64,000 nt of DNA from Ignavibacteriales bacterium. Its GTDB lineage: Bacteria; Bacteroidota; Ignavibacteria; UBA10030. Location: NCBI GenBank assembly GCA_016192345.1, contig JACPUH010000037.1, positions 11,293-75,292 on the forward strand. Reading direction: 5' to 3'. Below are positions 18,901 through 28,894 of the stretch, piece by piece. How positions within the stretch are numbered: position 1 is the first letter of the stretch; each line of letters begins with the position of its first letter. The notes under the pieces were generated by a model that did no database searches, was not told the DNA's origin, and saw only the letters and a program-made list of their open reading frames with translations. Made by a program: the position numbers and the translations under genes.

Positions 18901-20262
18901 TTATTTGAGGAGCATCATCTTGCCGGACAACCGTTGTGCACCGGAGGTCAGGACATAAACGTAGGTTCCGGAGGGGAGTCGGGCCGCATCGAATGTTGCG
19001 GTATACGATCCCGCTTCCATCATCCTGTTGACGAGGGTCGATACTTCGCGTCCCATCAGGTCGTACACCTTCAGCGTGGTCACCCCGGCCGAGGCGATCT
19101 CAAATTGGATCTTGGTCGACGGGTTGAAGGGGTTCGGGAAGTTCTGGGACAGTGTATAGCCGGTCGGAACGATGTTGTCATCACGCTCCACGCTCACACC
19201 AAACCCTTTGATGAACCGGATCACTGCCGGGACTGCCGTGGCGTTGAAGTGGCCGACGTACACGGTGTCTCCCGTCGGACTGAAGGCAAGTCCTCGTGGC
19301 AATAACGAAGTGGGAGCGGGGAGGAATTCATCCCAGGCACTGATATGGAAACTGTCCACCACTGCCTTTGTGGTTGGGTTGTAAGCGTAAGCGGTGTTCG
19401 GAGTATATGTGTTGGAACTGTTGTTTCCGGCAACCGCCCAAATGTGGCCGGTTGTGGGGTGAACCGCGATCGCTTCCACCCCGGCTCCAAGAAAGATGCT
19501 ATCTTTCAACGCGTATGGCCCAATGGTGCCCGCGCTTGATTCATAGACGTATGTCTTCCAGTCTGTAAAGCGCGGCACGTAGACGTTATTTCCATTACGC
19601 GAGACGGCTATTGCGCGGCCAATGGCAGGGACGGAACTGGAAAATTGGGTCCCCTGAGAGCCATCGGGGTTCAGTATCATCCCGGGGGTTCCACCCAACA
19701 CCGAACAAATAAAATATTCACCATCGTTATTTACGTCAACGGATGCAATGTTGTTTTGCAGTACGTTGACCCCGCCGACTGGACTCAAAAGGAATCTTTT
19801 TGCACCTTGCCCGGTTTTGTAATCAATTTCCCAGATCAAGGGACCCGGCTTATAGGCGAGGGATCCCCAAACGGCCACAAAATTACCATTTGAATGATTA
19901 ATGTTCCCGCCGGTTGACCCCGACCTGATGAGCGTATCGGTCACACCCCCTGAACTGAGAATAGTAATCGGGGAAAAACTGGCCTGTGTCCCGTTGGGAT
20001 TGAAAGCAAGGATCGGAAAGAGTCTTGCTTTTGTCCCTTCGGCCGTGGTGATCGAATCGCGCGTGGTATTTTCAGAGCGGGTCTGAATCCAGACTTTGCC
20101 CGCAGGGTCAACACCAATGCCGACATTGATGACGCCGCCGATTAATTTGTAGGCGTTGCTGTCTGCAGGGAATGGCCCCGCATACCCATACTTCGTGCTC
20201 TGACCGAGCGAGACCGCGACAAGCGCCAGAAGCACAAGGAAAATCCCGAACAATCTTCTCAT
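18901..20262 (-). CDS. Secreted beta-propeller-like protein with T9SS type-A CTD
   Basis: Signal peptide; NHL/YVTN-like blades (GVDPAGKVW, AVSRNGNNVYV, PRGLAFSPTGDTVYV); QNFPNPFNPST CTD. Confidence 0.82.
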   Translation of the reverse strand: MRRLFGIFLVLLALVAVSLGQSTKYGYAGPFPADSNAYKLIGGVINVGIGVDPAGKVWIQTRSENTTRDSITTAEGTKARLFPILAFNPNGTQASFSPITILSSGGVTDTLIRSGSTGGNINHSNGNFVAVWGSLAYKPGPLIWEIDYKTGQGAKRFLLSPVGGVNVLQNNIASVDVNNDGEYFICSVLGGTPGMILNPDGSQGTQFSSSVPAIGRAIAVSRNGNNVYVPRFTDWKTYVYESSAGTIGPYALKDSIFLGAGVEAIAVHPTTGHIWAVAGNNSSNTYTPNTAYAYNPTTKAVVDSFHISAWDEFLPAPTSLLPRGLAFSPTGDTVYVGHFNATAVPAVIRFIKGFGVSVERDDNIVPTGYTLSQNFPNPFNPSTKIQFEIASAGVTTLKVYDLMGREVSTLVNRMMEAGSYTATFDAARLPSGTYVYVLTSGAQRLSGKMMLLK

Positions 20263-20366
20263 GATTGTCTCCTTGCTAAATGTGAATTGTGTTAGTGAGT
20301 GGTGGATTAGTTGGAAAAAAACGCAATAGTGTAAAAAGAACGCACACCTCTTCCATGAATCACTCC

Positions 20367-21575
20367 TTATTGGCCATAATAAGGAGCGGTGGTTTTGCCC
20401 CAGAGTACCTTCAGAAGCGCTCCCGAAGTCGTTGAAACATACAGCGCATTACCGTTTCCCCCCATCAATGCCAATATGCCGGTCCCGAACGAGGTCGAGT
20501 AAGCGCGGTAGGGGGACGCGTAGGACTTGGATGGCGCCACGAGAACGAGGTACGCAGGCGCGTTGGTCCCGATGTATAAATAACCATCGGAGGAAAATGT
20601 CATCGAGGTCGGTATAAGCCCCTGTCCGGCAAAAGCCGCGCCAAAGTCAAAATAAACTTCCGGCGTCCCCAGATCTTCACCCGAGATCGCCGCGCGCCAA
20701 ATTTGGTCACCCGAAGCGGTGGTTGCCGCAAAATAGAGATGGCCGCCATAGACCCGGACGGAGCGCACATTGCCGACAAAGGGGAAAGCTTTCGTTGTCG
20801 CATTCGGCCGGATGAGATAGAGATTGGAATTGTTTCCCCCCACCCACAGGTTCTGATTCTGGTCAAACTCGATGTCGGTTGCGAACACCCCTACAGGAAA
20901 CGCAACCCAAAGAGCTGCTGCGGATCCGCCCCCGGCGGGAAAACGATACACTGCGCGAATCCCCCGCGCAGTGTAGAGAAAGCCTCCAGGCCCGAATCGG
21001 AGAGAGGTCCACTGGGGTGTTCCTCCCGTTTCGGGAGCATATTCGGACCGTACCCCTGCGGTGGTAAACTTGAAAATTCTGGCGTTGACCCCCTCCGGTT
21101 TAATGGAAACGGTGAGATTCCCGCTTGCGTCACGTGTCATAGGCCCGGCTGTCTCCGTTGGCCCAAGATTCCCGAAAGCGACGACAGCCGCCGTCAGGTC
21201 ATACTTCACCGTGTTGCTGAACAAGCTGGCGCCCGTGACACCGGTTTTGATCTCAATACCGCTGCCGGGTGTGAGCGGTGATAAAAGTCGCAACTGGGTC
21301 GTGCTTGCGCTCAACAAGGAAGCAGGCGTACCGTTGAAATAGACCGTATTTTCTGAGAGGGTCGCCGAGAAGTTGGTGCCGGTGATGGCCAGCGTGTCGA
21401 CCGCGGCAAGCGCGCCGCCCGAGGGAGCAACGCTCGTGATCGTCGGGTCGGGTCGCGGGCTTGCATAGTTCGGGTCGTACAAACTCCCCGTTTTTTCATT
21501 TTCACAACCGATCAACATCAGAGAAAGAACCGCGATCGGCGCGAGAAGGGACGAGCTGAGAAGTTTCATAATCAT
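20367..21575 (-). CDS. Lipoprotein with IPT/TIG domain and beta-propeller
   Basis: Lipobox LIGC; PTITSVAP..ITGTNF..N.VYFNG (IPT/TIG); FDQNQNLWV and FSSDGYLYIG blades. Confidence 0.82.
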   Translation of the reverse strand: MIMKLLSSSLLAPIAVLSLMLIGCENEKTGSLYDPNYASPRPDPTITSVAPSGGALAAVDTLAITGTNFSATLSENTVYFNGTPASLLSASTTQLRLLSPLTPGSGIEIKTGVTGASLFSNTVKYDLTAAVVAFGNLGPTETAGPMTRDASGNLTVSIKPEGVNARIFKFTTAGVRSEYAPETGGTPQWTSLRFGPGGFLYTARGIRAVYRFPAGGGSAAALWVAFPVGVFATDIEFDQNQNLWVGGNNSNLYLIRPNATTKAFPFVGNVRSVRVYGGHLYFAATTASGDQIWRAAISGEDLGTPEVYFDFGAAFAGQGLIPTSMTFSSDGYLYIGTNAPAYLVLVAPSKSYASPYRAYSTSFGTGILALMGGNGNALYVSTTSGALLKVLWGKTTAPYYGQ

Positions 21576-21581
21576 GGGAAG

Positions 21582-21769
21582 GTTTAGAGTTTCAAGTTGA
21601 AAAGTTCAAAGTTGATGTCAAGTTGCCAAGGCTCCAAAGTGTGGAATGCTATCGCATTCGAAGGTTTGTATAGCCTATATCCGAGTAGTCACACGCTAAC
21701 GCGTGTGTTGGTAACAGGCTTCCAGCGGCCTCCGGCAGTTTAAAGTTTCAAGTTGAAAGGTTCAAAGTT
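21582..21769. repeat. Pair of 32-bp direct repeats with ~7-nt internal periodicity
   Basis: GTTTAGAGTTTCAAGTTGAAAAGTTCAAAGTT (21582-21613) vs GTTTAAAGTTTCAAGTTGAAAGGTTCAAAGTT (21738-21769), 30/32 identical. Confidence 0.8.
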
Positions 21770-22833
21770 TAAAACCCGAATCGCAGCGAGAAGCGCTGCA
21801 CATCGTTGAACACACCAAAAGGGGTGTACGCATAATCGAGGGCAAATTTCGTCCCCGCCAGCGAATGTTGGAAGCCGAGACCGTACGAAACGCTATGCTC
21901 GTCCGCCGGACTCACATATCCGATACGAAAGGCAAAGGTGTTCATGAACATATATTCAGCACCGATCCTGATCTGTTCCGGGAAATCGCGCGGGTGTTCC
22001 GCGTCCACGGCCAGAAGCAACGATTGCGTCTCTCGGTCAAAGTCGAACAGGTCCATCGCGTTGAACGATATTCCCAGCTTGAACGTCAGGGGCAGTTGAA
22101 AGCCCTCTTTCTGGTAGGTGACTTCTCTCGCAAAGTTGCGGACCGTCATACCGATGTTCAGGCTCTTGAACCCGGTTCTGTAGAGGACTCCAAAGTCGAA
22201 CGCGACAACGTCGAGAGAGTTCTTTACTTCCTTCTTCGCGGAATCGCTGACGCCGGTGGCGGCTCCCGAACCATCCGTGATATAGCCCGCTTCGACAATG
22301 CCCGTGCCGAGGTTCTGGTTCACGAACTTCACGTTGCCTCCAACGGAGAATTTATCGGTCAACGAACGGGCATAGCCAATGCCGATGGCGTAGGCATTCG
22401 GTTTGAATGTGCCGACGTCAAGGAATCCCTGCGAGTTGTTGGCGAGGATGGTCGCCTCGATCTCGCCGTAATCGACATACTGGAAACTGATCCCGATGAC
22501 GCCGTAGTCTCCCCCCGCCGGGGCAAAAGCAACCGAGGCGGCGGAATGCTTGATATCCCCGATCCAACTGACCTGGCTCAGGGAGGCTTCGGCAACCATC
22601 CCGAGGTTTGCCATCCCGGCCGTGTTGTAGAACATGGAACTGGAATACCCGTCCGTGGAGGTGAACGCATCCGCAAGCGCAGCCTGGCGCGCGTTCAATC
22701 CCACATTGAGGAACTTCATGCCGGTCTGTGCCAGCTTCTGGTTCGTTCGCTGCGCCGGAGAAAGAGAGGGAAGCAGGGCGACAACGATCGCCACGAGGAG
22801 AATTGTCGCTGTACTATGTGTCCGTTTTCGCAT
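21769..22833 (-). CDS. PorV/PorQ-like outer-membrane beta-barrel, paralog of 10513-11535
   Basis: Start 22833; KLAQTGMKFL..ARQAAL..SMFYN, AFDFG, FQLP, HPRDF.EQIRIGAEY, DYAY..FGVF, terminal F. Confidence 0.82.
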   Translation of the reverse strand: MRKRTHSTATILLVAIVVALLPSLSPAQRTNQKLAQTGMKFLNVGLNARQAALADAFTSTDGYSSSMFYNTAGMANLGMVAEASLSQVSWIGDIKHSAASVAFAPAGGDYGVIGISFQYVDYGEIEATILANNSQGFLDVGTFKPNAYAIGIGYARSLTDKFSVGGNVKFVNQNLGTGIVEAGYITDGSGAATGVSDSAKKEVKNSLDVVAFDFGVLYRTGFKSLNIGMTVRNFAREVTYQKEGFQLPLTFKLGISFNAMDLFDFDRETQSLLLAVDAEHPRDFPEQIRIGAEYMFMNTFAFRIGYVSPADEHSVSYGLGFQHSLAGTKFALDYAYTPFGVFNDVQRFSLRFGF

Positions 22834-22913
22834 GGGAAATATCCAATGTTTGATGTGTTTCGATGCCGGGCCGTTCCCCGTGTCGGAAAGCCGGGAGAAT
22901 TCCGGCATTTCAC

Positions 22914-25070
22914 TTATCGAATAACAACCAGTTTTTTCATAACCCGCTCGCCACTGTCCTTGTTCTCGATGATGACCAGGTAGACACCGCTGACGACGAC
23001 CTGGTTGGACGAGGTGATGGAATTCCAATAGGCGTCCCCCGTACCATCGTCATGGACGATTTCCTTGATCAACTCCCCGAGCTCCGTGTAGATCTTGATG
23101 ACGCAATTCCCCGGAATGTTGAAGAAGGCGATCTTATCCCCCTCGTTCGGGAAGCGGAGGGAGTTTTCATTGGAGGAAATAATAAAGGGATTGGGAGCGA
23201 TGCGGATATCGCTTGTGCTCGTTCCGGCCGGTCGTTTCAAAAAGGCCGGATCGTACGTTTGGGTGTAGAAACGGCTGCTTTCCAGCTCCCCCGCGGGTGT
23301 CCGGGTCACCGGGTCCGCTGCAACGGGATTACCGAAGGTCGCCAGGTAGTAATAATATGAGATGCCGCGGACAGCGGTGACGTCGTCATAGGTGTAGGTC
23401 CGGGCATTGGAAGCGTACACGACGCCCTGGTCGGCAGGGCGGGTGCCGCCGGCCTGGAAAACCAACCGGAACGTGCTGTCCGGGCGACCGGTGGCACGGT
23501 AGATTCTGTAACCGACAAAGCCGTTGGCCGATTCCTTCGGGTTCGGCTCCCATGTCAGGCCGATCTTATCGCCCCCCCCGCGTACGCTGAAGGAAGCCGG
23601 GGGGTAGGGGGCTTGAGGGATCTTGAAGCCGGAAAGATAGTTGGCCCGGGCCCGCCTCATCGTTTCCAGCAAGCGGGGCCGTCCAAGCATCACCGAATCG
23701 TTCTTCGCTTTAGTGGTGATGGCGCCGTCTTTGTACTTCTTTCCGATCCGGATTGCCTCTTCGCGGGTCAATCCGTTGACCCCTTCCGCGAACACGATGG
23801 TGATACTCTGGCCGGGGGCCAGCGTATAGGGACCGTAACCGTTGCCGGAGGAAAATCCCCCGGGAGCCCCGACCCCGATATTGGCCATGACGGTTTGCTC
23901 GGAAAACTTTCCTGCCGGGTCGACAAGCCAGGCGTGACGCGGGGCGTGGCCCTCCGTCATCTTCTGGTATTCCTGCTCCATCAGCACGCTGTTGAATTGG
24001 CTGTTGTTGCGCGTCAACGGTTCATCCGACCCGAGATAATTCGACGTCGAAGGTTGGACGGGATCGTCGGAACGATCCGTGGCTGACTTGTCCGCTTTGA
24101 TGTGGCCGTAGCCCACGAACTGTGCCCCACCGAGCCGCCAGTTGGTGTCCGCCAACTGCACGTAGTTGTTCGACTGGCTCGGGTTCCAGATCGGGGCGCC
24201 GATGTTGTCAAACGTTGCGGCATTCGGGGAGCTTCCCGCCGGAGGCCTGTTCGCCTGGTTGTGCAGGCCGTGCCACGAGAACTGGACCTTGACATCATTT
24301 TCACCGGCGGGGATAAGCGCGTTGCTGATATCCGGCGGATACCCCCGCGCGTCGTTCATCGTGTTAATGCCCCAGCCTGCGGAGTTGTTGACGACGTAGC
24401 GAACCTCCTGACTTACCGAATAACGGTACTGCCAGTAAAAATACAATCCCGACAGCGTCCTGGCCTGAAGTCCGATCTCCGGGTTGCCGGTGTTGGTGAA
24501 AGTCATCTCGAAAATGTGATAGTTGTCGTGGTGCTGCTGGCTGAAGGCGTAGATCTTTCGTTCCACCGTCAGGCCAATGGACGTGTTCACGAGCGTCACC
24601 ATGACCCTGTCCGCCTTAGCGGTATCCGTGACCGCGGTGATTTCCTCCGGGTTGCTGAAGCTTGGGTTGCCGTCCACGAAGACGCGCGTTGGCTCGAACT
24701 GTGCGTAGACCTCAAATTTCTTGGGGAAGAATTCGTTGTTCCCGTTCACGCGTGGGCCTACGTGCACCACTTTGTACGGGTACACGACATTCCGTTCGTC
24801 GGTGAAGTTGGTTGTGCCGATCCAGAAGCCCTTCGCAGCCTGATTATCCTGGCGTTCGTACTGGGCCGGCCACCGGAGCCCATATTGCTGTTGAAGCACA
24901 TTGCCTTCTTCAATCTCCCACCCCTTTTCCGAGAACCAATTGTGGAGCGAACCCACCTGGAGCCACTTGGTCTGCCCTTGAGCGTGTGCGGATCGGGGAG
25001 TACAGCACAGAGCCAGGACGGCAAGGAGGATCGAAGAGAAGAAAAAATTCCGCTGGAAGAGTATCATCAT
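22914..25070 (-). CDS. Secreted ~718-aa protein with FnIII-like domain and variant T9SS-like CTD
   Basis: Start 25070 after AAAGGA; GPYTLA, APYPP..W..GYRIYR, RG.SYYYY, LESSRFY, IRIAPNP..KIAFFNIP..C.IKIYTELG..SGVYL..KLVVIR. Confidence 0.8.
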   Translation of the reverse strand: MMILFQRNFFFSSILLAVLALCCTPRSAHAQGQTKWLQVGSLHNWFSEKGWEIEEGNVLQQQYGLRWPAQYERQDNQAAKGFWIGTTNFTDERNVVYPYKVVHVGPRVNGNNEFFPKKFEVYAQFEPTRVFVDGNPSFSNPEEITAVTDTAKADRVMVTLVNTSIGLTVERKIYAFSQQHHDNYHIFEMTFTNTGNPEIGLQARTLSGLYFYWQYRYSVSQEVRYVVNNSAGWGINTMNDARGYPPDISNALIPAGENDVKVQFSWHGLHNQANRPPAGSSPNAATFDNIGAPIWNPSQSNNYVQLADTNWRLGGAQFVGYGHIKADKSATDRSDDPVQPSTSNYLGSDEPLTRNNSQFNSVLMEQEYQKMTEGHAPRHAWLVDPAGKFSEQTVMANIGVGAPGGFSSGNGYGPYTLAPGQSITIVFAEGVNGLTREEAIRIGKKYKDGAITTKAKNDSVMLGRPRLLETMRRARANYLSGFKIPQAPYPPASFSVRGGGDKIGLTWEPNPKESANGFVGYRIYRATGRPDSTFRLVFQAGGTRPADQGVVYASNARTYTYDDVTAVRGISYYYYLATFGNPVAADPVTRTPAGELESSRFYTQTYDPAFLKRPAGTSTSDIRIAPNPFIISSNENSLRFPNEGDKIAFFNIPGNCVIKIYTELGELIKEIVHDDGTGDAYWNSITSSNQVVVSGVYLVIIENKDSGERVMKKLVVIR

Positions 25071-25086
25071 TGTATCCTTTAGTCTC

Positions 25087-25123
25087 AAAATATTTTTCTT
25101 GGTGCCTTCGCGACTTTGTGGCA
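25087..25123. repeat. Intergenic repeat family A (GCCACAAAG...), copy 1
   Basis: 33/37 identical to 42029-42065. Confidence 0.75.
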
Positions 25124-25146
25124 TTCTTTCCTTGTTCAAAAGGCTG

Positions 25147-28100
25147 TCAGAGATCAAACGATAGCCGGACGCCGAGGAAAATATTCCTCGGGTTCAGGAA
25201 ATTGAACCATTCCTGGTTCGGCATATCAATATAGGCTTTGTCATTCAACACTCGATCGACTTCTCCACGGTCGGCAACCTGCCAGGCGTTATTCACCCAT
25301 CGGTAGTACTGGTTTGTCGACGCATCGAAATAGATAGGTCGTGTGTGCGGAGTCCCGACCGCCGTCAGGTTGCTCGTGTGCACCATCGGCTGATAGGCCA
25401 CTCCCGCCATCCGGTAATCTCCGGGACGGTCATCGCCCGAAATGTTTCCATAGTACTTGTTGAACTCTTCCGGAAGGTGGAGCGACTTGAGATAATTTTC
25501 ATAGTCTGTCCCATCCACGAAGCCGTACGTCGTCAACTGTTTCAGATTCAAAACATTGCCGATGTCCGCAAAGATCTGGAAATTGGCGCCTCCGAGCCTG
25601 AAGTTCTTGCTGATCCGGATGTCCATCCCGTAGTCGTCCCGCCACTGGATGTTATTGCTGACGCCCGGGACTGAACCTCCTCCGACCCACGTGAAGTAGA
25701 ATCCGGCGTTCCATGTCGCGAGAATATTGAGGCGAACATCCCCCAGGGGATGGAACCCGCTGAAGTCCGGTCCAAACTCCTCCGGCGTAAAGAAGTCGAT
25801 GTTGGCGCGTGCATAGGGGCGGGGGATCGGTTTGGTCTGAATCGGGTTGGACCGTTCGTAATTGCGCTGGTCCACGGGGTTCTGGTAGTACTGTGTCCAT
25901 CCAAAGTAACCGCTGGTGGAAACCATGTAGGTGTAGTTCAAGAATCCCTGCACCCAGTCGCCGCGGTTCTTTGTCAGGGTCAGCTCGAATCCCCGGATGT
26001 CCTCATACGAATTATTGGTCGTGACCTGGTAGTTCGGGACGCTGTTATAGCCGGTGTAGCGCACAAGCTGGGATTGGTCGCTGACATCCTTATAATACGC
26101 CGCCGTGCGGAAGAGGAACATGTCGAACAGATTATGTTCGTACCCTAACTCATACGCCACGGTTCTCTCCAACGGCAGGTTGGGGTCTGCGAGGCGGACG
26201 ACGTCACTGGTGGCAGTTTCATGCCGGACGAGGTAGAGGTTCTCCGGCGTGGGAAGTGCGCGGAAATGGCCGTAATTGAAATACAGTTTTGCGTTTTCGG
26301 TGATCGGGAAGGCGACGTTCAGCCGGGGCATCAAGGTCGTGATCCGCTTTGTCGGCTCCTTTTGCAGGAGGGAATCGATGCCGAAGGAGCTCGCACCGCG
26401 GAACAGTTTCGTATAGGGATCGTACACATACCACTCGCCGCCGGCGTGGGACAGGGTGAAACGCAGACCGGCGTCGACAATCATTCCTTCAAATTCCAGC
26501 TTGTCCTTGACATAGGCTTCGAGGCGCGTCGGATACGTGCGCCATTTTGACGTCGAGCGGCCGGAGGGGAGTACCTCATCGACGGAACCGTAATTCACCC
26601 CGTTGTCGGTATAGCCGAACTCGACGCCCCCCTTCAACTCATTGTAACTGTCGATTTGGCTGACGATGTCGAACTTTGCGATGTAGGAACGGACAATGCT
26701 GCTATCGCGCGCGTTGCTCATGCCGATGGCCATCCGCATGCCTTCGATGCCGGTCGTGGAGTAGTTCCCTGGATTGCCGATGAAGCCGAACGGCGCTTCA
26801 TCAAGGTAGTATCCATTGCCGAACTTGAAGACGCGCGAGGTATCCCTCGTCCGGCCCGGGTTCGTGCTGTAGTCGGAGGCGAACCGCTGCAGGACGACTT
26901 CATAAAACGTCGTCGGGTTGATCACGTGGGTGAGTTTCGCACCGATGATATTCCGATCGACGCTGTTCGGCGCCCAGTAGTCATTCGTGAACAGGCGCGT
27001 ATCGATGAAGCTGACGCGGTTCATCGCGTTTCCAATCGAGGCGGCGGACCCGAAACTCCCGTAAGCGCCGGTCTGGTTCAAATCGACGGCGTCGTTGCGG
27101 CCGACGGTTCCTTCGATCATGAGTTTCATCCCCTGTGCAAGATCGGAGGTGATCTTCAACGAACCGCTATAGTCGGTTGCGGCATCGCGGGAGAGAGGGA
27201 TCGCATATTGCGTGTTATTAAACCGGAAGGAGGAATAAAACCGCAGGTTCCCCAGGAGATCGGAAACGCCGGGGACGGGACCCCCCACACCGACGTCGAG
27301 CGTCATATCGGGTTTTGTAATATCGAAGCTTTTCCGGTGTTGCCAGAGGAACACTTGCCTGGCTGCCTCGGGAGTCAGATCGTCGCTTGGATCATCATTC
27401 GAGAGAAGCTTTTCGGAGATGCTGTTCCATCCTTCGAACACTTTATATTGCGCCTGCATCCAGGGATCCCATTTGCCGTTGGTCGTCCCGGTCCAGGCAA
27501 CATCATTATCGAGGAACGGTCGGATCCAGTACGAATTGAAATCATTCGGCTTGATGCCGAAGTATTTCTTCGTCGGCGGACTGTAGCGGACGATCGCCCC
27601 GACGTTGTACTTTGACCTGCTTCCCTCCTTGGTCACCACGTTGACCAGTCCTGAGCGGATTTGACCGTATTCGGCGCTGAAGCCACCCGTTTGAATCTGA
27701 AAATCTTCCACCGCGAGCAAGCTGATGCTGGTGTAGGGAGTGTTATTCCGTTCGTCCCGGAAGGTGAGCCCGTTGACGACGAACGCGGTTTGATCGGAAC
27801 CGCCTCCCCGAATGGTCAATCCCTGCACGCCCGCCTGCAACCCGATAATGCTCGCAACCTGGGATATCGGGAGGTTTTCGACTTCCTTTGCGGTGATGTT
27901 GGCCCGGCTTGCTGCCACATCCCGTTGAACGACGGGGCGGGCCGCGACCACCACAACCTCCTGCGTTTCGAAGACCGTCTCGCTGAGGGAGAAATCAAGG
28001 TTGGTGGTCTGGTTGATGCTGACGCGCACGTCCACCATGGTCGAAGGGGCATACCCGATCATGGAAGCTTTTAACTGGTAGGAACCGGGCGGGATGCTGA

Positions 28101-28287
28101 GGATGACATAGGAGCCGTCGATATTCGTGGAGGCGCCCAGCGTGGTCCCCTCCACGACGATGTTGGTCCCGACAAGGGGTTCCTTTGTCCGCGCGTCAAG
28201 GACCTTCCCGGCGATCTTTCCGGTCTGTGCGAAGGCGAATGAGCACCCGAGGACAAGGAGCAACACAACGTGGTAAGCAGACTTCAT
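25147..28287 (-). CDS. TonB-dependent receptor, paralog of 15090-18248
   Basis: GKIAGKVLD..EPLVG.NI; IRGG...TGGFSAEYG..SGLVNVVTKEG; YVKDKLEF, PRLNVAFPI, NPRNIFLG. Confidence 0.9.
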   Translation of the reverse strand: MKSAYHVVLLLVLGCSFAFAQTGKIAGKVLDARTKEPLVGTNIVVEGTTLGASTNIDGSYVILSIPPGSYQLKASMIGYAPSTMVDVRVSINQTTNLDFSLSETVFETQEVVVVAARPVVQRDVAASRANITAKEVENLPISQVASIIGLQAGVQGLTIRGGGSDQTAFVVNGLTFRDERNNTPYTSISLLAVEDFQIQTGGFSAEYGQIRSGLVNVVTKEGSRSKYNVGAIVRYSPPTKKYFGIKPNDFNSYWIRPFLDNDVAWTGTTNGKWDPWMQAQYKVFEGWNSISEKLLSNDDPSDDLTPEAARQVFLWQHRKSFDITKPDMTLDVGVGGPVPGVSDLLGNLRFYSSFRFNNTQYAIPLSRDAATDYSGSLKITSDLAQGMKLMIEGTVGRNDAVDLNQTGAYGSFGSAASIGNAMNRVSFIDTRLFTNDYWAPNSVDRNIIGAKLTHVINPTTFYEVVLQRFASDYSTNPGRTRDTSRVFKFGNGYYLDEAPFGFIGNPGNYSTTGIEGMRMAIGMSNARDSSIVRSYIAKFDIVSQIDSYNELKGGVEFGYTDNGVNYGSVDEVLPSGRSTSKWRTYPTRLEAYVKDKLEFEGMIVDAGLRFTLSHAGGEWYVYDPYTKLFRGASSFGIDSLLQKEPTKRITTLMPRLNVAFPITENAKLYFNYGHFRALPTPENLYLVRHETATSDVVRLADPNLPLERTVAYELGYEHNLFDMFLFRTAAYYKDVSDQSQLVRYTGYNSVPNYQVTTNNSYEDIRGFELTLTKNRGDWVQGFLNYTYMVSTSGYFGWTQYYQNPVDQRNYERSNPIQTKPIPRPYARANIDFFTPEEFGPDFSGFHPLGDVRLNILATWNAGFYFTWVGGGSVPGVSNNIQWRDDYGMDIRISKNFRLGGANFQIFADIGNVLNLKQLTTYGFVDGTDYENYLKSLHLPEEFNKYYGNISGDDRPGDYRMAGVAYQPMVHTSNLTAVGTPHTRPIYFDASTNQYYRWVNNAWQVADRGEVDRVLNDKAYIDMPNQEWFNFLNPRNIFLGVRLSFDL

Positions 28288-28415
28288 AAAAATCTCCTGG
28301 CGATGGAATTATCGATGGGGGGGAGAAGGTGCAGCAGGGAGAGATATCGGATGAACTGTTGCAGCATGAGTTCCACGCCTGCAAGTCAATAATGATGAGA
28401 GAACAATGGTGCGAG

Positions 28416-28444
28416 AATATGAAAAAACTTCGGGATGATGTCAA
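28416..28444 (-). promoter_or_regulatory. Sigma70-type promoter for the 28287 TBDR locus
   Basis: Minus strand TTGACA-17 nt-CATATT. Confidence 0.55.
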
Positions 28445-28894
28445 GAAGTTTCCCGGGTTTCTCACAAGGGAATCCTCATCCGGGGAGACTCAAAAGTTTG
28501 TCAGGAGGAATAACCGAGAAAGAAGGGAAAAAAGCCCCCGTCTCAAGCACCTCTTTAAGGGACGTGCGTTACCGATTTAAAGGAGTTTTAAACTTAGGAA
28601 TCAATGGCGAAAACAATAAACGAGAAGTGGGGCGAGAGTACCCATTGTCTTTATTTCATGCTCGATCTCAGCGAATGACGGGCTATGAGGGGGAAAAATG
28701 ATAGGACTTCTGATGCCGGATCGGAAAGGATGATTTCTTGTAACTGCCCAGCATAGAAGCAAAAAAGTAACCCATTAATCCCTTCGGGTCTGAGTTAGGC
28801 GCGCATTTCCTCAGGGTCGAAGACTTCGCTAATCCCCGTTCAATATGGGAATCCAGACTCGTCCTAAATAAAGAAGAGATCAATCAAGAGTAGT

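Noticed and set aside
21582-21769. Possible mini-CRISPR (32-bp direct repeats)
   Set aside because: Only two copies, a 124-bp interval, internal 7-mer periodicity and no cas genes
25071-25157. Shared N-terminal peptide MPQS.EGTKK.IL on two unrelated ORFs (also 42022-42066)
   Set aside because: It comes from translating the intergenic DNA repeat; better starts with signal or anchor sequences lie at 25070 and 42021
28450-28890. AT-richer spacer as a transposase pseudogene
   Set aside because: It contains short palindromes, but I could not recognise a transposase motif in any frame
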